In this document: piece by piece, positions 32,448 through 40,298 of the stretch
Position numbering within the stretch: the stretch's first letter is position 1
Layout: each line of letters starts with the position of its first letter
IMG/VR virus record: IMGVR_UViG_647533160_000006
Location: 1 to 41,987 of that record
DNA length: 41,987 nucleotides
Source of the DNA: a virus
Taxonomy: Duplodnaviria; Heunggongvirae; Uroviricota; Caudoviricetes
Strand: one strand, 5' to 3'
The notes under the pieces: generated by a model
Seen by the model: only the letters and a program-made list of their open reading frames with translations
What the model was told of the DNA's origin: nothing
The model's database searches: none
Made by a program: the position numbers and the translations under genes

Positions 32448-32535
32448 CCTATAATCCCGGCAGCAATAGCTATCGGGATCCACTTCACATATCCCGCATA
32501 AAAAGCACTGAACAAGCAGACACCGAAAAAAATAA

Positions 32536-32621
32536 ATATCCTTTGTATTCATTTGCTTATCATTATTTCATCAAAAATAAATACCTTGGGTATTTACACA
32601 ATAAAATACCTACAGTATTCT
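32536..32621. promoter_or_regulatory. OL operator cluster with pL
   Basis: Same half-site family as OR: AATAT-N5-GTATT (32536-32550), AAATAC-N5-GTATTT (32579-32595), AATAC-N5-GTATT (32604-32620); candidate -35 TTTACA / -10 TATTCT. Confidence 0.65.
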
Positions 32622-32666
32622 TTAGCCATCAGCAGGACGCTGGTAGCCAAACGGAACATATTGGCA

Positions 32667-32708
32667 GGCTCTTTAACATTGATGGGATTGTCCCGCCGAA
32701 ATGCGGGA
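32667..32708 (+). promoter_or_regulatory. nutL (boxA + boxB)
   Basis: GGCTCTTTAACA (boxA) then TCCCGC-CGAAAT-GCGGGA (boxB); RNA sequence identical to the nutR boxB. Confidence 0.75.
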
Positions 32709-33019
32709 ACCAAAGAGTAGTTGGCTTTGGGGTGACGTGAAGTGCAGCTGCACGACGGCAACCGGAAGATAAGCACCCGGCGCGTCACCGCCAAAGTCAA
32801 TTCCATAGGCGAAATGCAGCCGCCAAACACAGCCAATGCTGCACATGCAACAGGAGGATTTATGTGAATGCATAACTTCAAAACCGAGGTTAATTAAATC
32901 TCTCGATCCGAGCATTGACCTATTAGGTGGCGAGATGCTCTTTCTGCCCCTCAGTTCGAGGGGCCAGAAACCACTTTGCAATCACTATCAATTCCAAAGT
33001 TGTTTCATCGGAGGTCAAC

Positions 33020-33325
33020 ATGACAGTAGTCATTACATATCTGGCTGACGATAACGCCAGAAATCGCCGCAGAGCACGCAGACAGGCTCAACGTGAACAG
33101 GCAATGCAAGAGCAGCTACTGGCGCGAAAAATTGCGCTAAAGCTCTCTGGTTGCGTCAGGGCAGATAAAGCAGCATCACTCGGAAGCCTTCGCTGCAAGA
33201 AGGTAGTAGAAGTCGAGCGTAAACAGAACCGTATTTACTACCGCAAGCCACGCAGTGAAATAGGTGTGACTTGTGTTGGTCGCCAGAAGCAACGCGGAAA
33301 ATCAATTCCAGCTTATTGCGATTGA
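33020..33325 (+). CDS. N: N-like antiterminator
   Basis: From ATG 5 nt after GGAGG; N-terminal Arg-rich motif DDNARNRRRARRQAQREQ; ~101 aa; the track ORF is extended upstream. Confidence 0.75.
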   Translation: MTVVITYLADDNARNRRRARRQAQREQAMQEQLLARKIALKLSGCVRADKAASLGSLRCKKVVEVERKQNRIYYRKPRSEIGVTCVGRQKQRGKSIPAYCD

Positions 33326-33333
33326 GGTGAGCC

Positions 33334-33498
33334 ATGCTCAAGAAAGTCAAACGCCGACTTTACAAAGAAGGTAGATATTCATGCCAGTTGCCAAAATGCG
33401 ACACAACAAAATGGAGTGTCGATGATTGGTGTAACTGGATAGATAGATACGGAACTTGGTGGGAACGTATTTATTTTCGCAGCAAACCACTTATTTGA
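33334..33498 (+). CDS. Small Cys/Trp-rich hypothetical protein (54 aa)
   Basis: GAGGTG RBS; MLKKVKRRLYKEGRYSCQLPKCDTTKWSVDDWCNWIDRYGTWWERIYFRSKPLI; below track length threshold. Confidence 0.45.
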   Translation: MLKKVKRRLYKEGRYSCQLPKCDTTKWSVDDWCNWIDRYGTWWERIYFRSKPLI

Positions 33499-33506
33499 GG
33501 TGATAT

Positions 33507-33593
33507 ATGGAAGAAGAATTTGAAGAGTTCGAAGAGCATCCGCAGGATGTGATGGAACAATACCAGGACTATCCGTATGACTACGACTATTGA
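33507..33593 (+). CDS. Acidic aromatic micro-protein (28 aa)
   Basis: GAGGTG RBS 5 nt before ATG; MEEEFEEFEEHPQDVMEQYQDYPYDYDY; stop overlaps the ral start; the RBS-start sequence is duplicated at 33828-33845. Confidence 0.35.
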   Translation: MEEEFEEFEEHPQDVMEQYQDYPYDYDY

Positions 33594-33777
33594 TAAAAAT
33601 CAATGGTGTGGACAATTCAAGCGATGCAATGGATGCAAGCTGCAATCGGAATGCATGGTTAAGCCTGAAGAAATGTTTCCTGTAATGGAAGATGGGAAAT
33701 ATGTCGATAAATGGGCAATACGAACGACGGCAATGATTGCCAGAGAACTTGGTAAACAGAATAACAAGGCTGCCTGA
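33577..33777 (+). CDS. ral: Restriction alleviation protein Ral
   Basis: 66-aa MTTTIDKNQWCGQFKRCNGCKLQSECMVKPEEMFPVMEDGKYVDKW... matches my recollection of lambda Ral. Confidence 0.7.
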   Translation: MTTTIDKNQWCGQFKRCNGCKLQSECMVKPEEMFPVMEDGKYVDKWAIRTTAMIARELGKQNNKAA

Positions 33778-33796
33778 TGGTGGCCTTTATTTTTTG
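33767..33796 (+). terminator. Intrinsic terminator after ral
   Basis: AAGGCTGCC-TGAT-GGTGGCCTT followed by TATTTTTTGG. Confidence 0.6.
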
Positions 33797-33836
33797 GCCG
33801 TAAATAATTTCATGCTTATTACAATCAAGGTGATAT

Positions 33837-34259
33837 ATGGAAGAACAAGCAAACAAGATTCTCGTAGAACTACTGCAAAAAGCCAGTAATGGAATAGACG
33901 CGGCTGTTTCATTTAGCCAGGCACAGATTCCTGATGTTGTTCATCAGTTGCTAATATGGAGTTTTGTCCATAGCGCACTTTTCCAAGTGGCTGGATTGTT
34001 GCTTTTAATTGCAGCAATTAAACTTCCTAGTTTTGCAAGAACGGCAAGAAATAATGGCGAGAGATGGACGTCTTTCGATGGACGTCCAAATGATGGACAT
34101 TTTATATCTTCGGTTTATTACGATATATGCACTGTATTTGTTCCTATATTTGGCTCAATTATGGGTGTTTTAATTATTGCCTTCAATTTCGAATGGTTGA
34201 AGATTTGGCTTGCACCTAAGTTATTCCTAATTGAATATGCGGCATCATTGGTTAAGTAA
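33837..34259 (+). CDS. Membrane protein, candidate superinfection-exclusion factor
   Basis: 140 aa with two strongly hydrophobic helices (ALFQVAGLLLLIAAIKL, VFVPIFGSIMGVLIIAF); flanked by terminators on both sides. Confidence 0.6.
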   Translation: MEEQANKILVELLQKASNGIDAAVSFSQAQIPDVVHQLLIWSFVHSALFQVAGLLLLIAAIKLPSFARTARNNGERWTSFDGRPNDGHFISSVYYDICTVFVPIFGSIMGVLIIAFNFEWLKIWLAPKLFLIEYAASLVK

Positions 34260-34263
34260 TTTC

Positions 34264-34289
34264 AGGCCGCATAGTCGGCCTTTATTTTT
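34264..34289 (+). terminator. Intrinsic terminator after the membrane protein gene
   Basis: AGGCCG-CATAGT-CGGCCT followed by TTATTTTTGG. Confidence 0.7.
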
Positions 34290-34311
34290 GGCATAAACAA
34301 CAGAGGATAAC

Positions 34312-34608
34312 ATGGAATTTAAAGGTACTGAAGGTAAGTGGGAAATAATGATGGATGGCGATGAGATTAAAATCATCCATGCAGACTCTCTTGAAAATGG
34401 CACAGGCTGGCGTTCGTACATTGCAATCTGTGAGGAAGTTCAATGCATTGAAGATGCCAATCTAATAGCGGCAGCGCCTGACCTTCTCGAAGCACTTCAG
34501 TTATTACTTAAGCAAACCAAAAATAGAACAACGACAACATATCCAGAATGGTATGGAGCTGTTAATAAAGGTCTCGCAGCAATAAGAAAAGCTCTTGGGG
34601 ATAAGTAA
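34312..34608 (+). CDS. Hypothetical early protein (98 aa)
   Basis: ORF with GAGGA RBS; family not recognised. Confidence 0.5.
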   Translation: MEFKGTEGKWEIMMDGDEIKIIHADSLENGTGWRSYIAICEEVQCIEDANLIAAAPDLLEALQLLLKQTKNRTTTTYPEWYGAVNKGLAAIRKALGDK

Positions 34609-34796
34609 TGAAAGTAAAAATAACCGCTTCTAATACCAGTTTTGTTAGTGTTGGTGATATTACAGAAGTAATAACAAACCATGATGGAACACAAGTTATG
34701 TGGTCTGCTTTCTGTAAAAGATATGAGCGAGTTAGTTGGTGTGAAAACGTATGGGGCGTCGAATACGAAGAGTTACCTGAAATGCATGACGAATAA
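34608..34796 (+). CDS. Hypothetical early protein (62 aa)
   Basis: ATG overlapping upstream stop (TAATGA); family not recognised. Confidence 0.45.
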   Translation: MKVKITASNTSFVSVGDITEVITNHDGTQVMWSAFCKRYERVSWCENVWGVEYEELPEMHDE

Positions 34797-34891
34797 GCAC
34801 TGTGTATTCATTCCAACGAGTGAATACACGGAGCAATGTCGCTCGTAACTAAACAGGAGCCGACTTGTTCTGATTATTGGAAATCTTCTTT

Positions 34892-34917
34892 GCCCTCCAG
34901 TGTGAGGGCCTTTTTAT
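34892..34917 (+). terminator. Intrinsic terminator upstream of cIII
   Basis: GCCCTC-CAGTGT-GAGGGC followed by CTTTTTATAT; preceded by a 9-bp-stem hairpin at 34802-34829. Confidence 0.65.
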
Positions 34918-34981
34918 ATGCATACCAATAACGCTTCACTCGAGGCGTTTTCGTTATGCAATCAAACAGAAGGAGCATCCT

Positions 34982-35152
34982 ATGCAACAGTTCGCTATTG
35001 CAGGGGCGGCATCGGTTCGCCCTTTCAACCCGATTTTATCGGTACAGCATTCACGAAAAAATATTTTAACCGGAGCAGACTTTAAACAACCAAGAATGAA
35101 AAGCTTGCTCGAAAAGCTTTGGGATATTTTGAAACAACAAGGCCGTCCATGA
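34982..35152 (+). CDS. cIII: CIII-like FtsH inhibitor
   Basis: 56 aa from ATG after AAGGAG: MQQFAIAGAASVRP...MKSLLEKLWDILKQQGRP parallels lambda CIII; the track ORF is extended upstream. Confidence 0.7.
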   Translation: MQQFAIAGAASVRPFNPILSVQHSRKNILTGADFKQPRMKSLLEKLWDILKQQGRP

Positions 35153-35233
35153 GTTTTACAGATAACTGGTCAGACGAAGAATTCATTCGTCAGATGAACA
35201 AAATGCTCAATCAGCACAAAGAACAGGAGAAAG

Positions 35234-35545
35234 ATGATGATTCTGACTCTGAATGATAAGCGTGAAATATCGCAAATAATCGCAAGTTTTACTGATGAAG
35301 ATTACGAGCGAATCAACAGTGAAGTTGATCGCCTCTGCAAACGTTGCGACCCAATAAGCGAAATGCTTCGCTCATATAAACCAGATGAACACACTAAAGA
35401 CGCTATCGACTGGCTGGAAGATGATGACTGTAACTATCAGGAAAAATCCGCTGAATGGTTCTGGGATGCAATAACCGAAAGAGTTAAGGCTGAATATGCC
35501 TTCGCAATATTCAAACGCAGACACATTTATGGAGAAGCAGCATGA
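35234..35545 (+). CDS. Hypothetical early protein (103 aa)
   Basis: ORF after AGGAGA; directly upstream of and overlapping recT; a 35-aa ORF (35149-35256) coupled to the cIII stop overlaps its start. Confidence 0.5.
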   Translation: MMILTLNDKREISQIIASFTDEDYERINSEVDRLCKRCDPISEMLRSYKPDEHTKDAIDWLEDDDCNYQEKSAEWFWDAITERVKAEYAFAIFKRRHIYGEAA

Positions 35546-36444
35546 GCAATATCGTTGAATTCGTTAAACAGCAGGAGCAGTTATTCTGCGGAGCATTGAC
35601 TGAACAGACGGTGACATGGGCTAAGGAAAGCCAGTTTGCAATTCAGTATTTCCAGAAAAACGATTACCTGGCTAAAACAGCACTGGCAAACCCAACCAGC
35701 GCACAGAACGCCATCATCAATGTTGCGGCGATCGGCATCACCTTAAACCCGGCCAGCAAACTTGCTTATCTAGTTCCGCGCGACGGCATGGTTTGCCTTG
35801 ATATCAGCTATATGGGATTACTTCACCTTGCGCAATCGACAGGTTCAATTAAGTGGGGGCAATGCAAACTGGTGTACTCAAACGACACCTATGAATCAAA
35901 TGGCCTTGATTCAGCACCAACCCACAAATACAACGCATTTGGTGAGCGAGGCTCTATTGTTGGAGGTTATTGCACGGTTAAAACAGCAGATGGTGACTAC
36001 CTGACTGAAGAAATGAGTCTGGCGGAAATTAAAGCTGTGGAAGCAACGAGCAAGGCAAAGAATGGACCGTGGAAAACATTCTGGGAAGAGATGGCGCGTA
36101 AAACAATAGTTAAACGCGCCAGCAAATACTGGCCTAAAGCCCAGCGACTGGATAATGCCATTCACCTGCTTAACGAAGATGAAGGTATGCATCAGGAACC
36201 AGTTATGCCGCACAAATCAGAGGAAGATATCCGCGAAGATGAACGGAAACGCCAGCAGGAAATTATGGAAAAAGCACAACTTCTTTGTGATGAAATGGCT
36301 CAGGCAGAAAACATGGATGATTTGAAGCGATATTTTGCAGAAGCATATCGCCTGACATCTGGAATGAAATTACAGCAGAACGTACAAGCCATTTACATAG
36401 AATGCAAAGCGAAACTGGAGGTTGCCAGTGAGCAAACTGTATGA
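35542..36444 (+). CDS. recT: RecT-family single-strand annealing recombinase
   Basis: 300 aa with conserved-looking blocks ...NVAAIGITLNPASKLAYLVPRDG... and ...GPWKTFWEEMARKTIVKRASKYWP. Confidence 0.75.
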   Translation: MSNIVEFVKQQEQLFCGALTEQTVTWAKESQFAIQYFQKNDYLAKTALANPTSAQNAIINVAAIGITLNPASKLAYLVPRDGMVCLDISYMGLLHLAQSTGSIKWGQCKLVYSNDTYESNGLDSAPTHKYNAFGERGSIVGGYCTVKTADGDYLTEEMSLAEIKAVEATSKAKNGPWKTFWEEMARKTIVKRASKYWPKAQRLDNAIHLLNEDEGMHQEPVMPHKSEEDIREDERKRQQEIMEKAQLLCDEMAQAENMDDLKRYFAEAYRLTSGMKLQQNVQAIYIECKAKLEVASEQTV

Positions 36445-36910
36445 AATTGCCAATGAATACGCAAAATTGATGGATTCAGATTTAGAACCAGAGATGATTG
36501 CTGACACAATAGAAGGCATGGAAGGAGAATTTACCGATAAAATAGAGCAACTTCTTTCCGTCATTAAAAATGAATCTGGTTATGCTGAACGCCTCAAGGA
36601 AGAGGCAAAGTCGCTGAATGAGCGAGCCGCAGTAATTCAAAATAAGATTGACAGCATCAAATCATATATAGCGTCATCGCTTGAAATGGTTGGCAAGAAA
36701 AATATTCGAGCAGGTATTCACCAGGTAACAATCCGCAAACCGTCAGAAACTGTAGAAATCATCGACTCAAGCGCCCTTCCTCCTGAATACGTTGAGTTTG
36801 AAACGACAATTAAAGCCGACAAACTGGCAATCAAACACCAACTAAAAGCAGGAATAAATATCCCCGGCGCTCAACTCAAAGTTGGGAAACCTTCACTTCT
36901 TATCAAATAA
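36428..36910 (+). CDS. Recombinase-associated protein (Siphovirus Gp157-like)
   Basis: ~160 aa from GTG 6 nt after GGAGG; acidic helical N-terminus; immediately follows the annealing protein as Gp157-family genes usually do. Confidence 0.45.
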   Translation: MSKLYEIANEYAKLMDSDLEPEMIADTIEGMEGEFTDKIEQLLSVIKNESGYAERLKEEAKSLNERAAVIQNKIDSIKSYIASSLEMVGKKNIRAGIHQVTIRKPSETVEIIDSSALPPEYVEFETTIKADKLAIKHQLKAGINIPGAQLKVGKPSLLIK

Positions 36911-36921
36911 CGGTATCGACT

Positions 36922-37236
36922 ATGAAAAAGACTCCATGGGAGAAATGGGAAGTCGATTTCTTGCGCGAGGTAGCGGCGACAATGCCAGTTGAAGTTATCG
37001 CTGAAAAACTGGAAAGGACTGAAAAAGCAGTAATGGCGAAAGCAACAAGGATTGGCGCTGACATTGTTAGCCGACTTCGTGGAAGACGATGGACAAGAGC
37101 CGAAGTATCACTTTTCGGTAAGTTCTCCGCAGAAGAAATAGCAATTGCAACCTGCCGCTCAATTTATTCAGTGAGAGCTATGCGATACAAGCTAAAAAAA
37201 CTCGATGAAGAGAGAACAGGCATACAAATAAATTAA
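36922..37236 (+). CDS. Hypothetical basic protein with internal duplication
   Basis: 104 aa; two similar W...AEEIA...R segments; possibly nucleic-acid binding. Confidence 0.5.
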   Translation: MKKTPWEKWEVDFLREVAATMPVEVIAEKLERTEKAVMAKATRIGADIVSRLRGRRWTRAEVSLFGKFSAEEIAIATCRSIYSVRAMRYKLKKLDEERTGIQIN

Positions 37237-37252
37237 CAAAGAGGAATTTACC

Positions 37253-37417
37253 ATGAGAGGGCTTGCATACAATCCCGGCATTCTTCCGGCAGAAATGATT
37301 ATTCGCCAACGCGTAAAGCCAATGCCATCGAGAGAGGAATTGCTTAAGAGAAATTCTTTTCCATCAGTAAATCAAAACAAATATCTGAATGCGATGTGGC
37401 GGAGTGGGAAGAAATGA
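37253..37417 (+). CDS. Small hypothetical protein (54 aa)
   Basis: ATG 6 nt after AGAGGAA; stop overlaps the next start (ATGA). Confidence 0.4.
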   Translation: MRGLAYNPGILPAEMIIRQRVKPMPSREELLKRNSFPSVNQNKYLNAMWRSGKK

Positions 37418-38073
37418 AACAAATGTCACTAATTGAGATGGATGGATTTCTGAAAGGTAAATGCATACCACGAGATTTAAAGGTTAACGAAACAAACGCT
37501 GAATATCTGGTGCGTAAATTTGCTGAAGCGGAGGCCAAGATTTCGGCTCTGTCCGAAGACCACCAGAAAGCGATTGAGTCAATTAAGCAGGCTGATGCAG
37601 CTGTTAAGTTGGCACACGAGAAGTTTTCGGCGCTGGCTGCGGAGAATGCGGGGCTGAAGTCTGGCGTAACTTACTTCGCATATTCACCTGAATATGGATT
37701 CGATTATTTCAAAGACAAACAGAGTGCAATTGATACCGCTCAGGCAGAGATTGATGCTTACCGCGAAGATGTAGAGAACGGGTGGAACGAGGATGTCCAG
37801 CGCATTTCCTGGGGTATTGTGGTGCAACAGGCGCAGGGGTTCGACGCGCAGGGGCTGCACACGTCCGATATCCGGCATACATATCAGACGTGCGATTACA
37901 GACTGGTAGATGCGGTTGAAACCCCAGCCACCGACTCTTTCCTGTCTGAAGTACGGGCGCAGGGGGTGGAGATGTTCTCAGAAAAATTCGGAGGTGGCAC
38001 TCCGCTTTCCAATATGGTCAAAGAGATAGCGGCCGATTTTGCGGCGCAACTCCGCAAAGGAGGAAACCAGTGA
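37414..38073 (+). CDS. Hypothetical early protein with N-terminal coiled coil
   Basis: ~219 aa from ATG; heptad-rich N-terminus; the track ORF begins at an upstream GTG. Confidence 0.55.
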   Translation: MKQMSLIEMDGFLKGKCIPRDLKVNETNAEYLVRKFAEAEAKISALSEDHQKAIESIKQADAAVKLAHEKFSALAAENAGLKSGVTYFAYSPEYGFDYFKDKQSAIDTAQAEIDAYREDVENGWNEDVQRISWGIVVQQAQGFDAQGLHTSDIRHTYQTCDYRLVDAVETPATDSFLSEVRAQGVEMFSEKFGGGTPLSNMVKEIAADFAAQLRKGGNQ

Positions 38074-38756
38074 TCAAGATTGACTATCAGGCACTGCGTG
38101 AAAAGGCAGAGAAAGCAACTAAAGGAAGCTACATCGTAGGGCATACATCTGTTAACCAGCACGGTAATTTAACAGGAGTTTTTGTTTGTCAAAAATGGAA
38201 AGGAGAACCCGGTGGCGTGATTGCAGAATGTCATGTTAACTGCCTGGTTGAAACAGATGCTCAGGCTTATGCAAACGCTGAATTTATTGCTGCCTTTAAT
38301 CCAAAGATTGCTCTGGCACTACTGGATGAACGGGAAAGAAACCAGCAATACATCAAATCACGCGACCAGGAGAACGAGGATATTGCACTAACGGTTGGGA
38401 AGCTGAGAGTTGAGCTGGAAGCCGCAGAGAAGCGCAACGCAAAATTACAAAGCGAGAATGCATACATCCGCAACCGGTACAAAGAACTGGACCTATTAAT
38501 CGGGAAAAACATTCTTGTCATGCAGGCTGCGATTATCGAATGGCAGGCAACTGGCGACGCTAAAAGCGGACTGGCATGGATTTATAACACACTGTTTGGC
38601 CAAGGCGAATTGCCGGACAAATCTGAGAAAGATGCTCAGGCCTACTTTAAGCGCAAATATGCACCGATTGACGAAAAGCTTATGGAGCTTCACAAGTGGT
38701 TTTGGGAGCAAAGTGAAGCCGAGCGCGCCGCTGGCATTCGCATCAAAGGAGAGTGA
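38070..38756 (+). CDS. Ead/Ea22-like early protein
   Basis: 228 aa; N-terminal [19 protein letters not shown]...FIAAFNPKIALALLDERE and central coiled coil resemble the Ea22-like family as I recall it. Confidence 0.6.
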   Translation: MIKIDYQALREKAEKATKGSYIVGHTSVNQHGNLTGVFVCQKWKGEPGGVIAECHVNCLVETDAQAYANAEFIAAFNPKIALALLDERERNQQYIKSRDQENEDIALTVGKLRVELEAAEKRNAKLQSENAYIRNRYKELDLLIGKNILVMQAAIIEWQATGDAKSGLAWIYNTLFGQGELPDKSEKDAQAYFKRKYAPIDEKLMELHKWFWEQSEAERAAGIRIKGE

Positions 38757-38757
38757 T

Positions 38758-39435
38758 ATGAGCGCTATAACCAAAGAACGTATCAAATTATTCATTAAAA
38801 ATCCGCTTGATAACGGGCTTACCCGTGGCGAACAAATGGAACTGGCACGGATTGCACTGGCATCGCTGGAACGCGAACAGATTCGCCACGAGCATGCCAA
38901 ATGGTCTGACTCCACATTTGGCTGCGTTGGCCCCATTGGTCCGCTGAAACATCTCTCAAAAGAGGCACTGGAAGCCGCAGCCGAACCAGACGATCTTAGC
39001 GAGTGGGCTGATATGCAGTTTCTGTTGTGGGATGCACAGCGCCGTGCTGGCATCAGCGATGCTGAAATTACCGTTGCTATGGAAGATAAATTGAAGATCA
39101 ACATGGAGCGCCAGTGGCCTGAGCCAAAAGATGGTGAGCCTCGCTTGCACATTAAAGAACCCGGCAACTCTCCGGTAACTCCGGATGGTTGGGTCATGGT
39201 GCCGAAGAGACTAACAGCCGAGAACGGCGCTAAGGGTGCGCTATCCGGTGAATTTTCAGAAACTACGTTTATCAGCTGCCCGGAATGCTTTGGCGATGAT
39301 GATTGCGATACCTGTGACGGTAGCGGGCGGATTGAAATTAAAGTACCAGTCACGTGGACGACCATAAAATCCATCTGGGATAAAGGTATTGCGTATTTTG
39401 CAGCAGAACCGCCTCAGGAGGTTAACCGTGGCTAA
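38758..39435 (+). CDS. Hypothetical early protein with C-terminal Cys cluster
   Basis: 225 aa from ATG overlapping the upstream stop; C-terminal CPECFGDDDCDTCDGSGR zinc-ribbon-like motif; the track ORF starts further upstream in-frame. Confidence 0.55.
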   Translation: MSAITKERIKLFIKNPLDNGLTRGEQMELARIALASLEREQIRHEHAKWSDSTFGCVGPIGPLKHLSKEALEAAAEPDDLSEWADMQFLLWDAQRRAGISDAEITVAMEDKLKINMERQWPEPKDGEPRLHIKEPGNSPVTPDGWVMVPKRLTAENGAKGALSGEFSETTFISCPECFGDDDCDTCDGSGRIEIKVPVTWTTIKSIWDKGIAYFAAEPPQEVNRG

Positions 39436-39712
39436 CCTGCAACTTGCCGTTAAAGGTAAATTTTTCGATGCCATGATTCGCGGAGAGAAAACGGAGGAGT
39501 ATCGCCTGTGTAATGACTACTGGAATAAGAGAATCATGTTCCGGGAATATGACCGCCTGATTATCACAAAGGGATATCCGAAGCGCGACGACTCCAGTCG
39601 CAGAATTGATGTCCCGTATGACGGATATGAAATCAAGACAATCACACATCCGCACTTCGGCGATAAACCGGTAAAGGTGTTCGCGATAAAGGTGAATATC
39701 GGCAATGAATAA
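39428..39712 (+). CDS. Hypothetical early protein (94 aa)
   Basis: GTG 7 nt after AGGAG; VANLQLAVKGKFFDAMIRGEKTEEYRL... Confidence 0.5.
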   Translation: MANLQLAVKGKFFDAMIRGEKTEEYRLCNDYWNKRIMFREYDRLIITKGYPKRDDSSRRIDVPYDGYEIKTITHPHFGDKPVKVFAIKVNIGNE

Positions 39713-39745
39713 CAATCCTCGAACTCGCGGGGATTTCTTTTATCT

Positions 39746-39770
39746 GAACTCGCTACGGCGAGTTTTGTTT
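39746..39770 (+). terminator. Intrinsic terminator
   Basis: AACTCGC-TACG-GCGAGTT followed by TTGTTTT. Confidence 0.65.
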
Positions 39771-39784
39771 TATGGAGATGATAA

Positions 39785-39952
39785 ATGCACTTCCGGGTGA
39801 CAGGTGAATGGAATGGAGAACCATTCAACAGAGTTATCGAAGCGGAGAACATCAACGACTGCTATGACCACTGGATGCTGTGGGCGCAGATAGCGCATGC
39901 AGACGTAACCAATATTCGAATTGAAGAACTGAAAGAACACCATGCCGCCTGA
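39785..39952 (+). CDS. Small hypothetical protein (55 aa)
   Basis: ATG 7 nt after GGAG; MHFRVTGEWNGEPFNRVIEAENINDCYDHWMLWAQIAHADVTNIRIEELKEHHAA; sits between two terminators. Confidence 0.45.
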   Translation: MHFRVTGEWNGEPFNRVIEAENINDCYDHWMLWAQIAHADVTNIRIEELKEHHAA

Positions 39953-39967
39953 TGGCGGTTTTTTATT
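39945..39967 (+). terminator. Intrinsic terminator ending the left early operon
   Basis: CCGCC-TGAT-GGCGG followed by TTTTTTATT. Confidence 0.75.
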
Positions 39968-40009
39968 ACCTGATTTGCAGGTTCGATTCCCTATTCGGAG
40001 ATAGTACTC

Positions 40010-40210
40010 ATGCAACACGAACTACAACCTGATTCATTGGTTGATTTGAAATTCATCATGGCTGATACTGGCTTTGGTAAAACCTTCATCTATGACCGGA
40101 TTAAGTCCGGCGACCTGCCTAAAGCCAAAGTTATCCACGGGCGAGCAAGATGGTTATATCGTGACCATTGTGAATTCAAAAATAAGCTCTTAAGCCGCGC
40201 CAATGGGTAA
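40010..40210 (+). CDS. torI: AlpA/TorI-family excisionase (recombination directionality factor)
   Basis: 66-aa MQHELQPDSLVDLKFIMADTGFGKTFIYDRIKSGDLPKAKVIHGRARWLYRDHCEF...; winged-helix excisionase pattern; matches my recollection of TorI; adjacent to attR. Confidence 0.7.
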   Translation: MQHELQPDSLVDLKFIMADTGFGKTFIYDRIKSGDLPKAKVIHGRARWLYRDHCEFKNKLLSRANG

Positions 40211-40283
40211 AATAGCGGGTAAAATATTTCTCACATATAAAAAACACCATTCCAATCAATCCCCTGCCTCGTCAAGTAGATGT

Positions 40284-40298
40284 CTGCAGGGGACACCA
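40284..40298 (+). other. attR core (displaced copy of argW 3' end)
   Basis: CTGCAGGGGACACCA identical to argW positions 1069-1083. Confidence 0.6.

Noticed and set aside
32543-32740. 65-aa ORF overlapping the OL/pL operators and nutL.
   Set aside because: It starts inside the operator cluster, has no RBS, and spans boxA/boxB; regulatory DNA is the better explanation.
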